Assembly: GCA_041651255.1 (NCBI GenBank)
Contig: JBAZJP010000005.1
Location: forward strand, 24,405-88,404
DNA length: 64,000 nt
Direction of reading: 5' to 3'
From: Sulfuriferula sp.
GTDB taxonomy: Bacteria; Pseudomonadota; Gammaproteobacteria; Burkholderiales; Sulfuriferulaceae
Part shown: in pieces, positions 1-10,417 of the stretch
How the letters are laid out: each line of letters opens with the position of its first letter
Numbering within the stretch: the first letter of the stretch is position 1
Notes under the pieces: model-generated
Database searches by the model: none
What the model saw: the letters and a program-made list of their open reading frames with translations, nothing else
What the model was told of the DNA's origin: nothing
Program-made: the position numbers and the translations under genes

Positions 1-495
1 GTGGCCGCTGACAAACACAATTGCGTCCTCTACATCATAGACCTCGGCAATAGCCTGTTCCAGTTCGCGATGTATCGGGCGTTCGCCTGACACTGGGCGG
101 CTGGCAGAAACGGATGTGCCATACTGGTCTATCGCCCGTTTGGCCGCATCGGCTACGCGGGCGTCACCTGATAAACCAAGGTAGTTATAACTGGCATAGT
201 TGATATAGTCACGACCGCCAATCTTGGTTGTCGCACCCGCAATACCCTCGTGCAATTTGAAAAATGGATTGTCTATACCCATGCGCGCCGCACCATCATT
301 GATGATGCGCAGTTGTTGATAGCCCGGATGGAGGTGAAAGCGGTAGTGTTGCTCAGGAATATTGTCAGCCTGGGTTGATTTGGTTAACGGCGTATCTGCC
401 TGTTGCTCGACCTGACGCAGCTTGCGCTCGAGTGCCTGCTGTATCAGTTTATCCTTGATCTGTGCGGTGAGTCCGGTGATCCCTTTGCTTGCCAT
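1..495 (-). CDS. wcbT: WcbT/RkpG-like alpha-oxoamine synthase (8-amino-7-oxononanoate synthase / serine palmitoyltransferase family, PLP class II), truncated by window edge
   Basis: Not in the ORF track. Manual translation from ATG at 495, which overlaps the PKS stop (TGATG), gives MASKGITGLTAQIKDKLIQQALERKL...GRDYINYASYNYLGLSGD...IDQYGTSVSASRPVSGERPIHRELEQAIAEVYDVEDAIVFVSGH, open to base 1. The NYLGL and SASR motifs are typical of the family. Confidence 0.9.
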   Translation of the reverse strand, partial: MASKGITGLTAQIKDKLIQQALERKLRQVEQQADTPLTKSTQADNIPEQHYRFHLHPGYQQLRIINDGAARMGIDNPFFKLHEGIAGATTKIGGRDYINYASYNYLGLSGDARVADAAKRAIDQYGTSVSASRPVSGERPIHRELEQAIAEVYDVEDAIVFVSGH

Positions 496-3400
496 CAGCT
501 TATCATCCGTTTGTTGGCAGCGGTTCTATTGGACTGGACATCGTTCATCAGGTTGATAACAGATTCTGCGGTCATTTCCGTGCCATGTTGTGCTGCAACT
601 TGCTCAACCTGCTGTTGTACCGCACTGGTTTCTGCTTTATCGCTGCCTTTTAATTGTGTAATCAGACGTTCAGCTAATTTGGCTATGGTTGGGCTGGTGC
701 TCAACGCCATCACCGACAGGCGAATGCCAAAGCGTGATTCCAGCGCAACGACCAGCTCCACACCCATCAACGAATCCAGACCCATGTCGTAGATAGAACG
801 GTTGGCATCAATCTTATCGGGCGCAACGCGCAGGATCTCGCCAACTTCCTGTTTGAGCATGGCTATGATGGCGATCTGCAATTCATCATCGGTTAGCTCG
901 GCCAGTAAACGCTGCATATCTGCGCCGTTATCTGCATCTGCAGCGCTATCCTGATCTTGTTGTGCCATCTCGCAGAATTTGGCCGAGTTGGCACTAGGCA
1001 AGAAACGCGCAAGGGCTTTCCAGTCCAGTTCCAGTACACCCAGTCCAGAGCGGTTAGCAAGCAACATGCTTTCCAGCGCATCCAGCGCAACCGCGGAGTT
1101 GAGCGCACCGCCACCCATACGACCTTGCAGTGCATCCTTGATATTTTCATTACGTGCGAGGAAGCCTACGTCGTCAATTGCACCCCAACGTACACAGGTT
1201 GCGGCTAATCCAGCAGCTCTGCGGTTTCGGGCGAGCGCTTCCAGCGTGGCATTGGCGGCGACATAGTTGCCTTGCCCAGGATTGCCAAATAACGTGGTTG
1301 CTGACGAGAACAGGATGAAATAATCCAGTGCTAACTCTTTGGTCAACTGATGTAAGTGGAGTGCACCCAGTACCTTGGGTGCGAGTACGCGCTGGATCTG
1401 TGCGGCATCCATATTGCGTATCAGACCATCCGCTATCACCATTGCCGCGTGGACGATGCCTTTAAGCGGTGGCATGGTACTGGCAATGTGTTGTAACAGA
1501 GTGGTCAGCGCATTGATATCTGTGACGTCACAAGCAGTAGCGTAGACTTGCACACCTTGCTTCTTCAGTTGCGTGATACTGCTCAGTGCTTCGGCCGATT
1601 GAGGACCGCTACGACTAATCAATACCAAATGTCGCGCACCTTTGGCAGCCAGCCATTCTGCGGTTTTCAGGCCAAACCCACTGACTCCGCCGGTGACCAG
1701 ATAGGTTGCGGCAGCGTCGAGCTTAAGCTGTGGCTTGATAGGCTTGGCAGTGCAATGTCGTTGATGTACTGGCTGGTGATAAGTGACGACTATCTTGCCG
1801 ATTTGTTTGGCTTGCTGCATGTAACGGAAAGCATCAACGATGTCATTTGCTTCAAATACGGTATAAGGCAGTGGATGCAGTATGCCCTCAGCAAACAGAT
1901 TCATCACTTCAGCAAACAGCTTACGGGTAAGGTCGGGGCGGACTTGCATGAGCTGATCGGCATCGACGCCAAAATAGCTGATATTGTTGCGGAATGGTCG
2001 CAAACCTATTTTGGTATTTTCGTAGAAATCGCGCTTACCCAATTCGATGAATCGACCAAATGGTTTTAATACGCGGAAATTGCGGTTGATGGCTTCGCCT
2101 GCGAGTGAGTTGAGCACCACATCTACGCCCGCACCATTAGTCTGTGCCAGTATCTCATCAGCAAAACCCAGTGAGCGTGAATTGTAGATATGATCAACGC
2201 CAGACAGTCGCAGGAAGTCACGTTTTTCGTCTGATCCTGCTGTGGCGTAAATTTCTGCACCTATCCATTTTGCGATCTGGATAGCTGCTATCCCCACGCC
2301 ACCAGCCGCACCGTGTATCAGTACTTTTTCGCCAGGCTGTAGCTGAGCGAGCTGGTGCAGCGCGTAGTAAACGGTTAAGAAGGTGCTTGGTATGGTAGCC
2401 GCTGCTGCAAATGAGATGCCCGCCGGGATCAGCGCAATGGCGCTGGACTGGGTAATTACCCGGTTGCTGAAGCTGGACGGGCCAAAGCCAACGACACGGT
2501 CGCCCACAGCGTAACCGCTGGTTTGTGAGCCCACATTGATCACGATACCGGCGAATTCCAGTCCCAGCGTTGGACCCGCAAAACCTTCTTCTATGGCTTC
2601 GTCAGAGAGCATGCCCAGTGCGTACATGACGTCTCTGAAATTCAGACCAGTGGCATGGACTTCGACTTCGATTTCGTGCGCAGCGGGAAGTACACGAGGA
2701 TGTGCTTCCCAGCGTAAATTACGCAGCTGTCCAGGTGTCTGGAAAGCCAGGCGCAAGGTAGGTGCGGTGAGTGGCGCTGCTGTAGCTGCAACTGGGCGTG
2801 GTTCAAGTCGCAGACGTGGCGCGTAACGTGCCCCATGAGCGCTGAGTATTACTTCCGTTTCGTTATCTGCTAGTGTGAGTTCCTTACTCAGTGCGTTGGT
2901 GACAACCTCCAGTGCATCTGGGGCATGCAGATCAATCATGCGCACCTTGTAATTAGACTCCTCATTCATCAGGGTACGGCCAAATCCCCATAGTGCTGCA
3001 TCTGGCAGCGAAGCAGTAGAGGAATCAGTATGTTCATATTCAGATAGCAAGTCTGTGCTCACATTGGCAGTCACTAGCCAGCAAGTGGTACCGATCTGGG
3101 TAGATTCACACGCCTGGATAATGGCTGCAGCACTGGCACAACGGTCAACTTGCTGATTCAACAGTGCTGCCGGTGAGTCATTTTCGGTCAGTGTGTTAAG
3201 CCCGGCTAAGTGAATGATACCGTCGAGCTGTCCCGTGGTATCAAGCAGCAAAGATGCAATGTATGCACTATCCCCGGGCTGGGCGATGCTGACATGGTCG
3301 CCATGAGCTGTCAGTTTTTCCGTCAGTAAGCTGGCTAGTCGTGCTGAATAGCCAGTCTTATCTGCCAGTACCAGCCAGTTATGCGCTAAGGCAGGTGGCG

Positions 3401-6400
3401 TGGCTGCGATTTTTTTAGCAGCAGTTTGCGCTATCAGCAAATACGGGCCAGCATGTGCATCTGGTATTAAATCCAGATGTTCGGCATTGATAAAGTCCAG
3501 TGTTTGCAACTGTTGCTGCCAGAATTGCGCAGAATGTTGTGCAGAATGCCAGGTTGTATCCGTTGTTGTAACTTTGTCTTGGCAACCAAACACAAAATCC
3601 ATCCAGCGTGATGGGTGTTGACCTATCAATAACAGGCTGCCGCCCTCGACGAGTTGCGAATTCGCGTACCTGAGCGCGCGCATGGCTTCCTCAGGTGTGC
3701 TGAAATCAAGTTGCACGATGGCCAGTTGGCAAAATGCAGGTGAGGTAGTGGCAGTACCGATCAGACTAGTATTGAAGCGGGGATAGTGCTCTTGTAATGA
3801 CGCAACCTCTTCCAGTGCTGCTTCAGACGTGCTGGCAAACGTATAATTGCTGCGGTTGAAATCAAGTTGTGCACAAATATCCGTGGCAAACAGTGGCGTA
3901 CCTGCGCTGATTTCCAGCACGCCCAGACGCTGACCCGCAGGCAATAGCTTTAAGCTGTAACTAATCCAGTCGCGTACATTGGTCGTGAGTTGCTGTTTGC
4001 CCAGCTCGCCCAGTGCCAGACGGGTTAATGCCGCAAGTGAGGATGCGTCAGAGGCCAGTTTCGCGGGACTCATGGCGCCAGTGAGTAAGGCTGGCAAGTG
4101 CAATCCTATACGCCCGACGCTGTGAATAATCTGGAAGTAATCAGGGTAATCTGCCACCAGGCTATTCCATATATCTATGGGCAATATGCTGTCAGCCTGG
4201 CTGGCTGGAATTTCCCAGCCATGTTTGTTAGCGGTGATGGCGAGGTCTTGCTCAGCCATCGTCAACAAATGAGTGAAATAGGGCGCGGCTTGCGGTGCGG
4301 ACTTTTGGTATGCTGCCACCGCTTTGGTGGTGAGCTCTCCTGACTTATTCGCCAGTTGTTGCAATGCCTGCACAGTAAAGCCGCTGCATAAGCTGTCGAG
4401 TAGTGGCTCGACTTCAAAGGCATAACGATCAAATATCTGCTGTTGTGCGCATTGTTGTACCACGCCTGTCAGCGCGGTACGTATTTCAGCAAAGCTGACG
4501 CTGGCAACGGGCGTTGTAAGCGGATGAGGTGCAGGTGTCGCGTGAAAATCAAGGAAGCGCAGATGATCTGCAGCGTGTTTGTGTAAGCGCACACTGCGGA
4601 AGCGGGCTTGCTTGATAACGGCAATGGCCATGCCGTTTTTATCAAAAACCGTGAATTCAGCTGTCAGTGAATGTGGTGAGCGGTTTAATAACGTCACTTG
4701 TGCAAAATGAGGCGCAGCACCTGTTCGACGGAAAGCGATACGTCCCATTTTAACGGGAACAAATGCAATACCGTCATACATCGCCAAATCATCTTTCAGC
4801 AGCTGAATAATCAGCTGGAAAGTACAGTCCAATATAGCGGGATGGAGGTGTGTCTGGGCTAAATCAGGTGCAGATGATGTCGGGGTGAAAAATACTGCCA
4901 ATGCAGTTGTGCCATTGACCCAACCATGATCAATACGTTGAAACTCAGCACCATAATCCAGGCCAGCTGCGCGGGTCAGTGCGTTATGGCTGGTATGATC
5001 GAAATCAGGCTGGCGGGCTGGGAGCGTCGGTGCGATCCGTGCCAGTAAAATATCGCCAGGTTCACTAAGTATCCGTGCTACGGCATGAGTCGTCCACGGC
5101 TCTGTGCCGGCCTGATCGCGCCCAGTGATACTGACACTGCCGTCTTGTGCGGCAATGCTCACGCGTACGGTTTTGGCGTGCTCACTGCTTAAGATCAGCG
5201 GTGAACGGATTTCCAGCTCTTCTATTTCAGCTAATTCGGAGGGCTTCCACGCAAGTGCTGCTGCCAGCACCAGTTCTGCAAATCCAGTGCCGGGAAACAC
5301 CGCCGCTTCACCGACTACGTGATCTGCCAAACTAGGTAGAATAAGTGTGTCGAGTTGGTTTTCCCAGGTAAGTTCATGTTGTTGCAGCGCATAACCCAAT
5401 AGCGGATGAACCTTGTGCCGTGTCAACAAGCCCATCGATGCGGCGGACACTGGATGCCAGTGCCGCTCACGTTGCCATGGGTAATTAGGTAAGCTGATGA
5501 ATTTGCCGGGTACAGGGAACAGGCTAGCCCAATCTATGCACGCACCCGCAACGATTGCCGAATTAACTGCGGCCCAGACGAGATCTGCGGCATCGTCCTG
5601 ACGGGTTAACGTGGTAATCACACATCCTTCAATATTGCCATCTTTCAGTGCGTCATTGAGGTAACCACGCATTACTGCATGTGGGCCGACTTCGATAAAA
5701 ATATTTGTTCCTGTGGCCATTATTTGCTTGCTGGCGTGTTCAAACAGCACCGGTTTGCGTATGTTGTGCCACCAGTATTCAGCATCAAGTTCGCGCCCAT
5801 CCAGCAAATCGCCCGTTACCGTTGAGTAAAAAGGTATCGTTGAGGTGGCGGGCTGAATGTTGTTCAGCGTTTGCTTAATGTTGGACTCTATCGCATCCAT
5901 GGCGGGACTGTGGAATGCATAATCCAGCGCCAGACGCTTAAAGGGGATGTGGCGAGCTGATAAAGCCGATTCGAGCTGGGTAAGTTGATCCGCATCACCT
6001 GCGACAGTGATGCCGCGAGAGCTGTTGATGCCAGCTACTGCCAACGTGCTTCCTATGGCTGCTAATAACGTTTGCGCATCAGCAATTCCGCAGCCTACCG
6101 CAGTCATCTGACCCTTGCCCTTGGTTGTGCCTTGGGCATGGCTGCGGTGATAGATAACGGCTACGGCATCAGCTAACGATAATCCGCCGCACGCCCAGGC
6201 CGCCGCCACTTCACCTACGCTGTGACCGGCCACAGCAATAGGTGTAATGCCACGCTGTGCCAGCATGCGGGTAATGCCGACCTGTATTGCGAATAAGGCG
6301 GGTTGTGCAATTTCAGTTAGTTCATAGCGGTCGTCACCGTGTTTGCCAGCTAATTCATCTTCCAGCGAAAAATCCGCATGCAGGCGGAATAGCGCGTCGA

Positions 6401-8081
6401 TTTCACGGATAGTCGTACGGAATATGGCAGACTCTTGCAGTAGTTGTTTACCCATGCCCGCCCACTGCGAACCATTGCCTGAATAGATGAAAGCTGGGCC
6501 AGCAGGTTGGGCTAATGCGCTACCGCTTTGCACTTCATTTTTGTTAGCTTCGTCATTGGCAAACGCAAGTAAAGATTTGGCAATGGCCGCGGGTGTCGTA
6601 CCCGATAAAACAACGCGATGGCTGTGAGCCTCGCGGTTAAAAATCGTGTTGTAACTGATGTCGTAAAGTGCAGTCTTGGACTGTGAATTCAGGAATACAG
6701 CAAATTCACTCGCAGCCTGTTTGAGTCCGGCATTGTCCTTTGCCGAGAGCATGATGGGCAGATCGGTAGTTTTTGATGAGGCGGGTACTATAGTTTTGGG
6801 AGCTTCGTAACTTTCCAGTATGACGTGTGCGTTAGCGCCGCCAAAGCCGAACGAGTTGATACCAACGATAATCTTGCCTGATTTTTTTAATGGGCGATTC
6901 TTAGTGACAACTTTAACATTCAAATCGTCAAAATCAATGTTGGGATTGAGCGTATTCACGCCAATTGTTGCAGGTACCATGCGATGCTGGATGCAATGCA
7001 ATGCCTTGGCTAGACCGGCAATACCAGAAGCGGCTTCCATGTGCCCAAGATTACTTTTAATTGAACCTATCAGTAGCGGATTATTCTTGGCACGCCGCTT
7101 ACCCAATGCTTCGCCTATTGCCCGTGTTTCTATTGGGTCACCGACGGCTGTGCCGGTGCCGTGTGCTTCAAGATAATCAATCGTCGTTGGGTCGATACCG
7201 GCTTTTGCATACGTGTGCGTGAGCAGCTCAGCCTGTATTTGCGCGCTGGGCACGGTCAGGCCGGATTTTCGACCATCAGTGTTGACTGCCGTGCTGGCGA
7301 CTACCGCAAGGATTCGATCGCCGTCAGCAACCGCCTGATCATAATCCTTAAGCAGGAACACCCCGCCGCCCTCAGAGCGTACATAGCCATCACCGGCTGC
7401 GTCAAATACCTGACAGCGCCCGCGCCTGGAAAGCATGGACGCTTTGGAAAACGTAATAAAACCATAGGGATGCAAATGCAGGCTCACGCCACCTGCGAGT
7501 GCCTGTGTGCTTTCGCCTGAAAGTATGGACTGACATGCCTGATGAAACGCCACCATGGACGATGAGCAGGCAGTATCTATTGCCATGCTCGGGCCACGCA
7601 GATCCAGTACATAGGAAATACGGTTGGCAGCGATGCTGCTGGTATTGCCGGTAGCCGTTGTTGAATCGACAGTATTCAGGTCGTCAGCCAGGCGATAAGC
7701 ATAATCGTTGCTGGCGATACCGATATACACGCCACACTGGCTACCGCGTATTGACGATGGTTTCACACCTGCGTTTTCCAGTGCTTCCCAGCTCATTTCC
7801 AGCAGCAGGCGTTGCTGCGGATCCATCAATGCGGCTTCGCGTGGGGAAATTCCAAAAAAACCCGCATCAAACTGTGATACGTCGCCAACCGAACCTGCAG
7901 CAAAAGTATAGCTGGTGCCAGGATGGTTTTTATCCGGGTGACGATAAGTATCCAGCGCCCAGCGCTCTGCATCGACTTCAGTCACCAAATCACGCCCAGC
8001 CAACAAATCATCCCAGTAGTGAGCGCTGTCGGTACTGGGGAAACGAAAGGCCATTCCTGTAATTGCTACTTTTTTTGCCAT
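495..8081 (-). CDS. wcbR: Type I polyketide synthase WcbR/RkpA-like (KS-AT-DH-pseudoMT-ER-KR-ACP, no thioesterase)
   Basis: KS DTACSSS, HGTGT, GSIKSNLGH; AT GHSVG and YAFH; DH HVVGEAAVFPG; degenerate MT LEISAGT; ER IHGAAGGVG; KR TGGVSGFG and GQGNYVAAN; ACP GLDSLM. Capsule-locus context. Confidence 0.92.
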   Translation of the reverse strand: MAKKVAITGMAFRFPSTDSAHYWDDLLAGRDLVTEVDAERWALDTYRHPDKNHPGTSYTFAAGSVGDVSQFDAGFFGISPREAALMDPQQRLLLEMSWEALENAGVKPSSIRGSQCGVYIGIASNDYAYRLADDLNTVDSTTATGNTSSIAANRISYVLDLRGPSMAIDTACSSSMVAFHQACQSILSGESTQALAGGVSLHLHPYGFITFSKASMLSRRGRCQVFDAAGDGYVRSEGGGVFLLKDYDQAVADGDRILAVVASTAVNTDGRKSGLTVPSAQIQAELLTHTYAKAGIDPTTIDYLEAHGTGTAVGDPIETRAIGEALGKRRAKNNPLLIGSIKSNLGHMEAASGIAGLAKALHCIQHRMVPATIGVNTLNPNIDFDDLNVKVVTKNRPLKKSGKIIVGINSFGFGGANAHVILESYEAPKTIVPASSKTTDLPIMLSAKDNAGLKQAASEFAVFLNSQSKTALYDISYNTIFNREAHSHRVVLSGTTPAAIAKSLLAFANDEANKNEVQSGSALAQPAGPAFIYSGNGSQWAGMGKQLLQESAIFRTTIREIDALFRLHADFSLEDELAGKHGDDRYELTEIAQPALFAIQVGITRMLAQRGITPIAVAGHSVGEVAAAWACGGLSLADAVAVIYHRSHAQGTTKGKGQMTAVGCGIADAQTLLAAIGSTLAVAGINSSRGITVAGDADQLTQLESALSARHIPFKRLALDYAFHSPAMDAIESNIKQTLNNIQPATSTIPFYSTVTGDLLDGRELDAEYWWHNIRKPVLFEHASKQIMATGTNIFIEVGPHAVMRGYLNDALKDGNIEGCVITTLTRQDDAADLVWAAVNSAIVAGACIDWASLFPVPGKFISLPNYPWQRERHWHPVSAASMGLLTRHKVHPLLGYALQQHELTWENQLDTLILPSLADHVVGEAAVFPGTGFAELVLAAALAWKPSELAEIEELEIRSPLILSSEHAKTVRVSIAAQDGSVSITGRDQAGTEPWTTHAVARILSEPGDILLARIAPTLPARQPDFDHTSHNALTRAAGLDYGAEFQRIDHGWVNGTTALAVFFTPTSSAPDLAQTHLHPAILDCTFQLIIQLLKDDLAMYDGIAFVPVKMGRIAFRRTGAAPHFAQVTLLNRSPHSLTAEFTVFDKNGMAIAVIKQARFRSVRLHKHAADHLRFLDFHATPAPHPLTTPVASVSFAEIRTALTGVVQQCAQQQIFDRYAFEVEPLLDSLCSGFTVQALQQLANKSGELTTKAVAAYQKSAPQAAPYFTHLLTMAEQDLAITANKHGWEIPASQADSILPIDIWNSLVADYPDYFQIIHSVGRIGLHLPALLTGAMSPAKLASDASSLAALTRLALGELGKQQLTTNVRDWISYSLKLLPAGQRLGVLEISAGTPLFATDICAQLDFNRSNYTFASTSEAALEEVASLQEHYPRFNTSLIGTATTSPAFCQLAIVQLDFSTPEEAMRALRYANSQLVEGGSLLLIGQHPSRWMDFVFGCQDKVTTTDTTWHSAQHSAQFWQQQLQTLDFINAEHLDLIPDAHAGPYLLIAQTAAKKIAATPPALAHNWLVLADKTGYSARLASLLTEKLTAHGDHVSIAQPGDSAYIASLLLDTTGQLDGIIHLAGLNTLTENDSPAALLNQQVDRCASAAAIIQACESTQIGTTCWLVTANVSTDLLSEYEHTDSSTASLPDAALWGFGRTLMNEESNYKVRMIDLHAPDALEVVTNALSKELTLADNETEVILSAHGARYAPRLRLEPRPVAATAAPLTAPTLRLAFQTPGQLRNLRWEAHPRVLPAAHEIEVEVHATGLNFRDVMYALGMLSDEAIEEGFAGPTLGLEFAGIVINVGSQTSGYAVGDRVVGFGPSSFSNRVITQSSAIALIPAGISFAAAATIPSTFLTVYYALHQLAQLQPGEKVLIHGAAGGVGIAAIQIAKWIGAEIYATAGSDEKRDFLRLSGVDHIYNSRSLGFADEILAQTNGAGVDVVLNSLAGEAINRNFRVLKPFGRFIELGKRDFYENTKIGLRPFRNNISYFGVDADQLMQVRPDLTRKLFAEVMNLFAEGILHPLPYTVFEANDIVDAFRYMQQAKQIGKIVVTYHQPVHQRHCTAKPIKPQLKLDAAATYLVTGGVSGFGLKTAEWLAAKGARHLVLISRSGPQSAEALSSITQLKKQGVQVYATACDVTDINALTTLLQHIASTMPPLKGIVHAAMVIADGLIRNMDAAQIQRVLAPKVLGALHLHQLTKELALDYFILFSSATTLFGNPGQGNYVAANATLEALARNRRAAGLAATCVRWGAIDDVGFLARNENIKDALQGRMGGGALNSAVALDALESMLLANRSGLGVLELDWKALARFLPSANSAKFCEMAQQDQDSAADADNGADMQRLLAELTDDELQIAIIAMLKQEVGEILRVAPDKIDANRSIYDMGLDSLMGVELVVALESRFGIRLSVMALSTSPTIAKLAERLITQLKGSDKAETSAVQQQVEQVAAQHGTEMTAESVINLMNDVQSNRTAANKRMIS

Positions 8082-8509
8082 GTTGGTTTTTACTTGGTTG
8101 AGTGTATCCGGATGTTATTCGCGTTATATGTAAGCATAGTTGAAACGTTCCTTAGTATAGCATTTCCGCATACATTTACAGAAGCCTAAGGCGGGTTAAC
8201 TTGGCCTGTGCGCACGCACTGAATAGGCAATAACAGGATATTCGGCCGTTTTCTTAAGTGGTGTACAATTAGTCTGTTCCTCAATTGTATTTCTACCCAA
8301 GCCACCATGATGCAAATTCAGCGTGCCATGACAAATGATGCTATGCCTCATCGGTATTCTTATCTTTTGTACAATCTCTTGCTTAAACTGCGTGCCGATT
8401 TGCATTGGCGCTATTTGCACGCTGTAATTATGGCAAGTCAGAGGCTTGCCTTGTTCAGTTATATAAGTAGTGTTGAAGAAACTACGCATATCGTTAATGG
8501 GGTGGCGCT

Positions 8510-9232
8510 ATGCGAATAGCGGGTATGCAACCTTATTTTTTGCCTTATCTTGGCTATTGGCAATTAATCCATTCAGTTGACTTGTTTATTCTGGGGGATG
8601 ATTTTCAGTATATGAATGACGGATGGATTAATCGTAACCGTTTTTTGAAGCAGGATGGGGGTTGGTTCTATTTAACGCTACCGGTGCAGAAGCATAGTAT
8701 GCGTGAGCAAATAAGGAATATTCAGCTACCTCCTCAGGTTAGTTTGTATAAATTGCTTAATAACGCATTAATACAATATCGTTGTCGCGGACGTGCCCCT
8801 TATTTTGATGAGATTTATGCGTTGCTGCTAGATACTGTAAAGCAGATTGAAACCAAGCAAATCAGTCGTATTAATGAGGTCCTTATCAGAGCAATTTGTA
8901 CATATCTTGAGATCAATACTGAAATCAAAGTCATGTCAGAGTCTGGTTTGAAATTTCGAGAAGAGCAATCACCCGATGATCGAACCCGGGAATTATGTAG
9001 TTTTTTTCATGGTACGGAATATACCAATCCAATTGCTGGGGTGCATTTATATGACCCAGCTACATTTAGGTCAAGTGGCCTTAAATTAAAAGCATTACAA
9101 AGTCATGAGATAATTTATGCTCAACGTGATGGTTTTGAGCCTTCTCTGTCGATAGTGGATGTATTGATGTATAACGGACGAAGTGGCACACAAGCTTTAT
9201 TGGAGGCATGTACGGTTACTGAAATTATTTGA
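8510..9232 (+). CDS. WbqC-like family protein (proposed glycyltransferase)
   Basis: N-terminal MQPYFLPYLGYWQLIHSVDLFILGDDFQY...WINRN and C-terminal LSIVDVLMYNG are characteristic of the WbqC-like family. Confidence 0.85.
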   Translation: MRIAGMQPYFLPYLGYWQLIHSVDLFILGDDFQYMNDGWINRNRFLKQDGGWFYLTLPVQKHSMREQIRNIQLPPQVSLYKLLNNALIQYRCRGRAPYFDEIYALLLDTVKQIETKQISRINEVLIRAICTYLEINTEIKVMSESGLKFREEQSPDDRTRELCSFFHGTEYTNPIAGVHLYDPATFRSSGLKLKALQSHEIIYAQRDGFEPSLSIVDVLMYNGRSGTQALLEACTVTEII

Positions 9233-9276
9233 GTGTTTGCTGAAAGCTGGGCTGTGAGAGTCGTGTGAGGACTGAG

Positions 9277-10365
9277 TTAGTGATGAAGCGTACGTACAAT
9301 GATGTCGCTAATCATGCTGATTTCCTCAACTGATAACGCAGCATGTAATGGCAGGCAGAGCACGCGTGTTGCGATATCCTCAGACACTGGGCAGGCTCGT
9401 TTAAGTTCTGGTTTTAAAAAAGGCAGCGTATTTAATGATGGGTAAAAATATCGTCTAGGGTTGATGTCTTGGCTCATGAGCGCTTGTCTGGCTGACATCA
9501 TAGCCTGATGTGTTTCAAAAACCACAGGATAGTAAGCATAGTTATAAGTAAAATCAGCTTGGGGAGCAGGACGTTGCAAGCCACACTGACTTAACATTTC
9601 ATCATAATGATTAACGCACGCTTTACGTAACTTTATTTGCTCTGCGACCTTAGGCAAAACACAAAGCCCCATTGCCGCGTGCAACTCAGACATTTTTGCG
9701 TTGATGCCAATATCGAAATATTTATCTTCACCAAGATGCCCAAACATCTTGAGCTGGTAAATGCGCTCGGCAATGCGAGGATCCTTGCAGACCACAGCCC
9801 CACCTTCTGCGGTGTGAAATAGTTTGGTCGCATGAAAACTCAATATGGTCGCATCACCATGGGATAACAGAGACTGCTCATTCAGATCAACTGCAAAAGC
9901 ATGGGCAGCATCATAAATCACTTTTAAATTGTATTTGTCCGCAATTTCCTGAATCTTGGCTGTGTCGCACGGGTAACCATATACATGTGTGGCGATAATG
10001 GCAGTAGTTTTATTCGTAATTGCGGCTTCAATCAAGTCTGGATTGATACAAAATGTCTTCGCCTCAATATCCACAAACACCGGTTCGCAACCCTCCCACA
10101 AAATCGCATTGGTTGTGGCGACATAGCTGTAAGGCGTGGTGATAATCTCACCGTGTAAATCAAGCGCTTTGATAGCTAATTGTAGTGCCAGTGTTCCATT
10201 TGATACGAGTTGCAAATGTTGAATCTGTAGATAAGTTAGCAACGCTGTTTCCAGTGCCTGTTCGGTTGCGCCATTATTAGTAATTAAACCGCTGTCCCAT
10301 ATTTTTTGGAGTTGGTCAGTATATTCTTCCAGGGGAGGGAGATAGGTTTTGGTTACATTAATCAT
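9277..10365 (-). CDS. vioA: DegT/DnrJ/EryC1/StrS sugar aminotransferase, VioA-like (dTDP-4-amino-4,6-dideoxyglucose transaminase)
   Basis: MINVTKTYLPPLEEY N-terminus, IYDAAHAF, SFHATKLFHTAEGG (PLP Lys), NAKMSELHAAMG, RRYFYPSL. Confidence 0.75.
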   Translation of the reverse strand: MINVTKTYLPPLEEYTDQLQKIWDSGLITNNGATEQALETALLTYLQIQHLQLVSNGTLALQLAIKALDLHGEIITTPYSYVATTNAILWEGCEPVFVDIEAKTFCINPDLIEAAITNKTTAIIATHVYGYPCDTAKIQEIADKYNLKVIYDAAHAFAVDLNEQSLLSHGDATILSFHATKLFHTAEGGAVVCKDPRIAERIYQLKMFGHLGEDKYFDIGINAKMSELHAAMGLCVLPKVAEQIKLRKACVNHYDEMLSQCGLQRPAPQADFTYNYAYYPVVFETHQAMMSARQALMSQDINPRRYFYPSLNTLPFLKPELKRACPVSEDIATRVLCLPLHAALSVEEISMISDIIVRTLHH

Positions 10366-10417
10366 GTTGTGTTGTTAACCTAATCTGATGGCAGATCCCA
10401 AACGCATTGACATTGGT

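Noticed and set aside
403-792. 129-aa + strand ORF at the PKS/wcbT junction and other short ORFs nested in the PKS
   Set aside because: Antisense to two well-supported genes.
8196-8519. ORFs 8196..8489 (-) and 8307..8519 (+) in the PKS/wbqC divergent gap
   Set aside because: They overlap each other, have no recognisable motif or RBS, and the region is better explained as a promoter.
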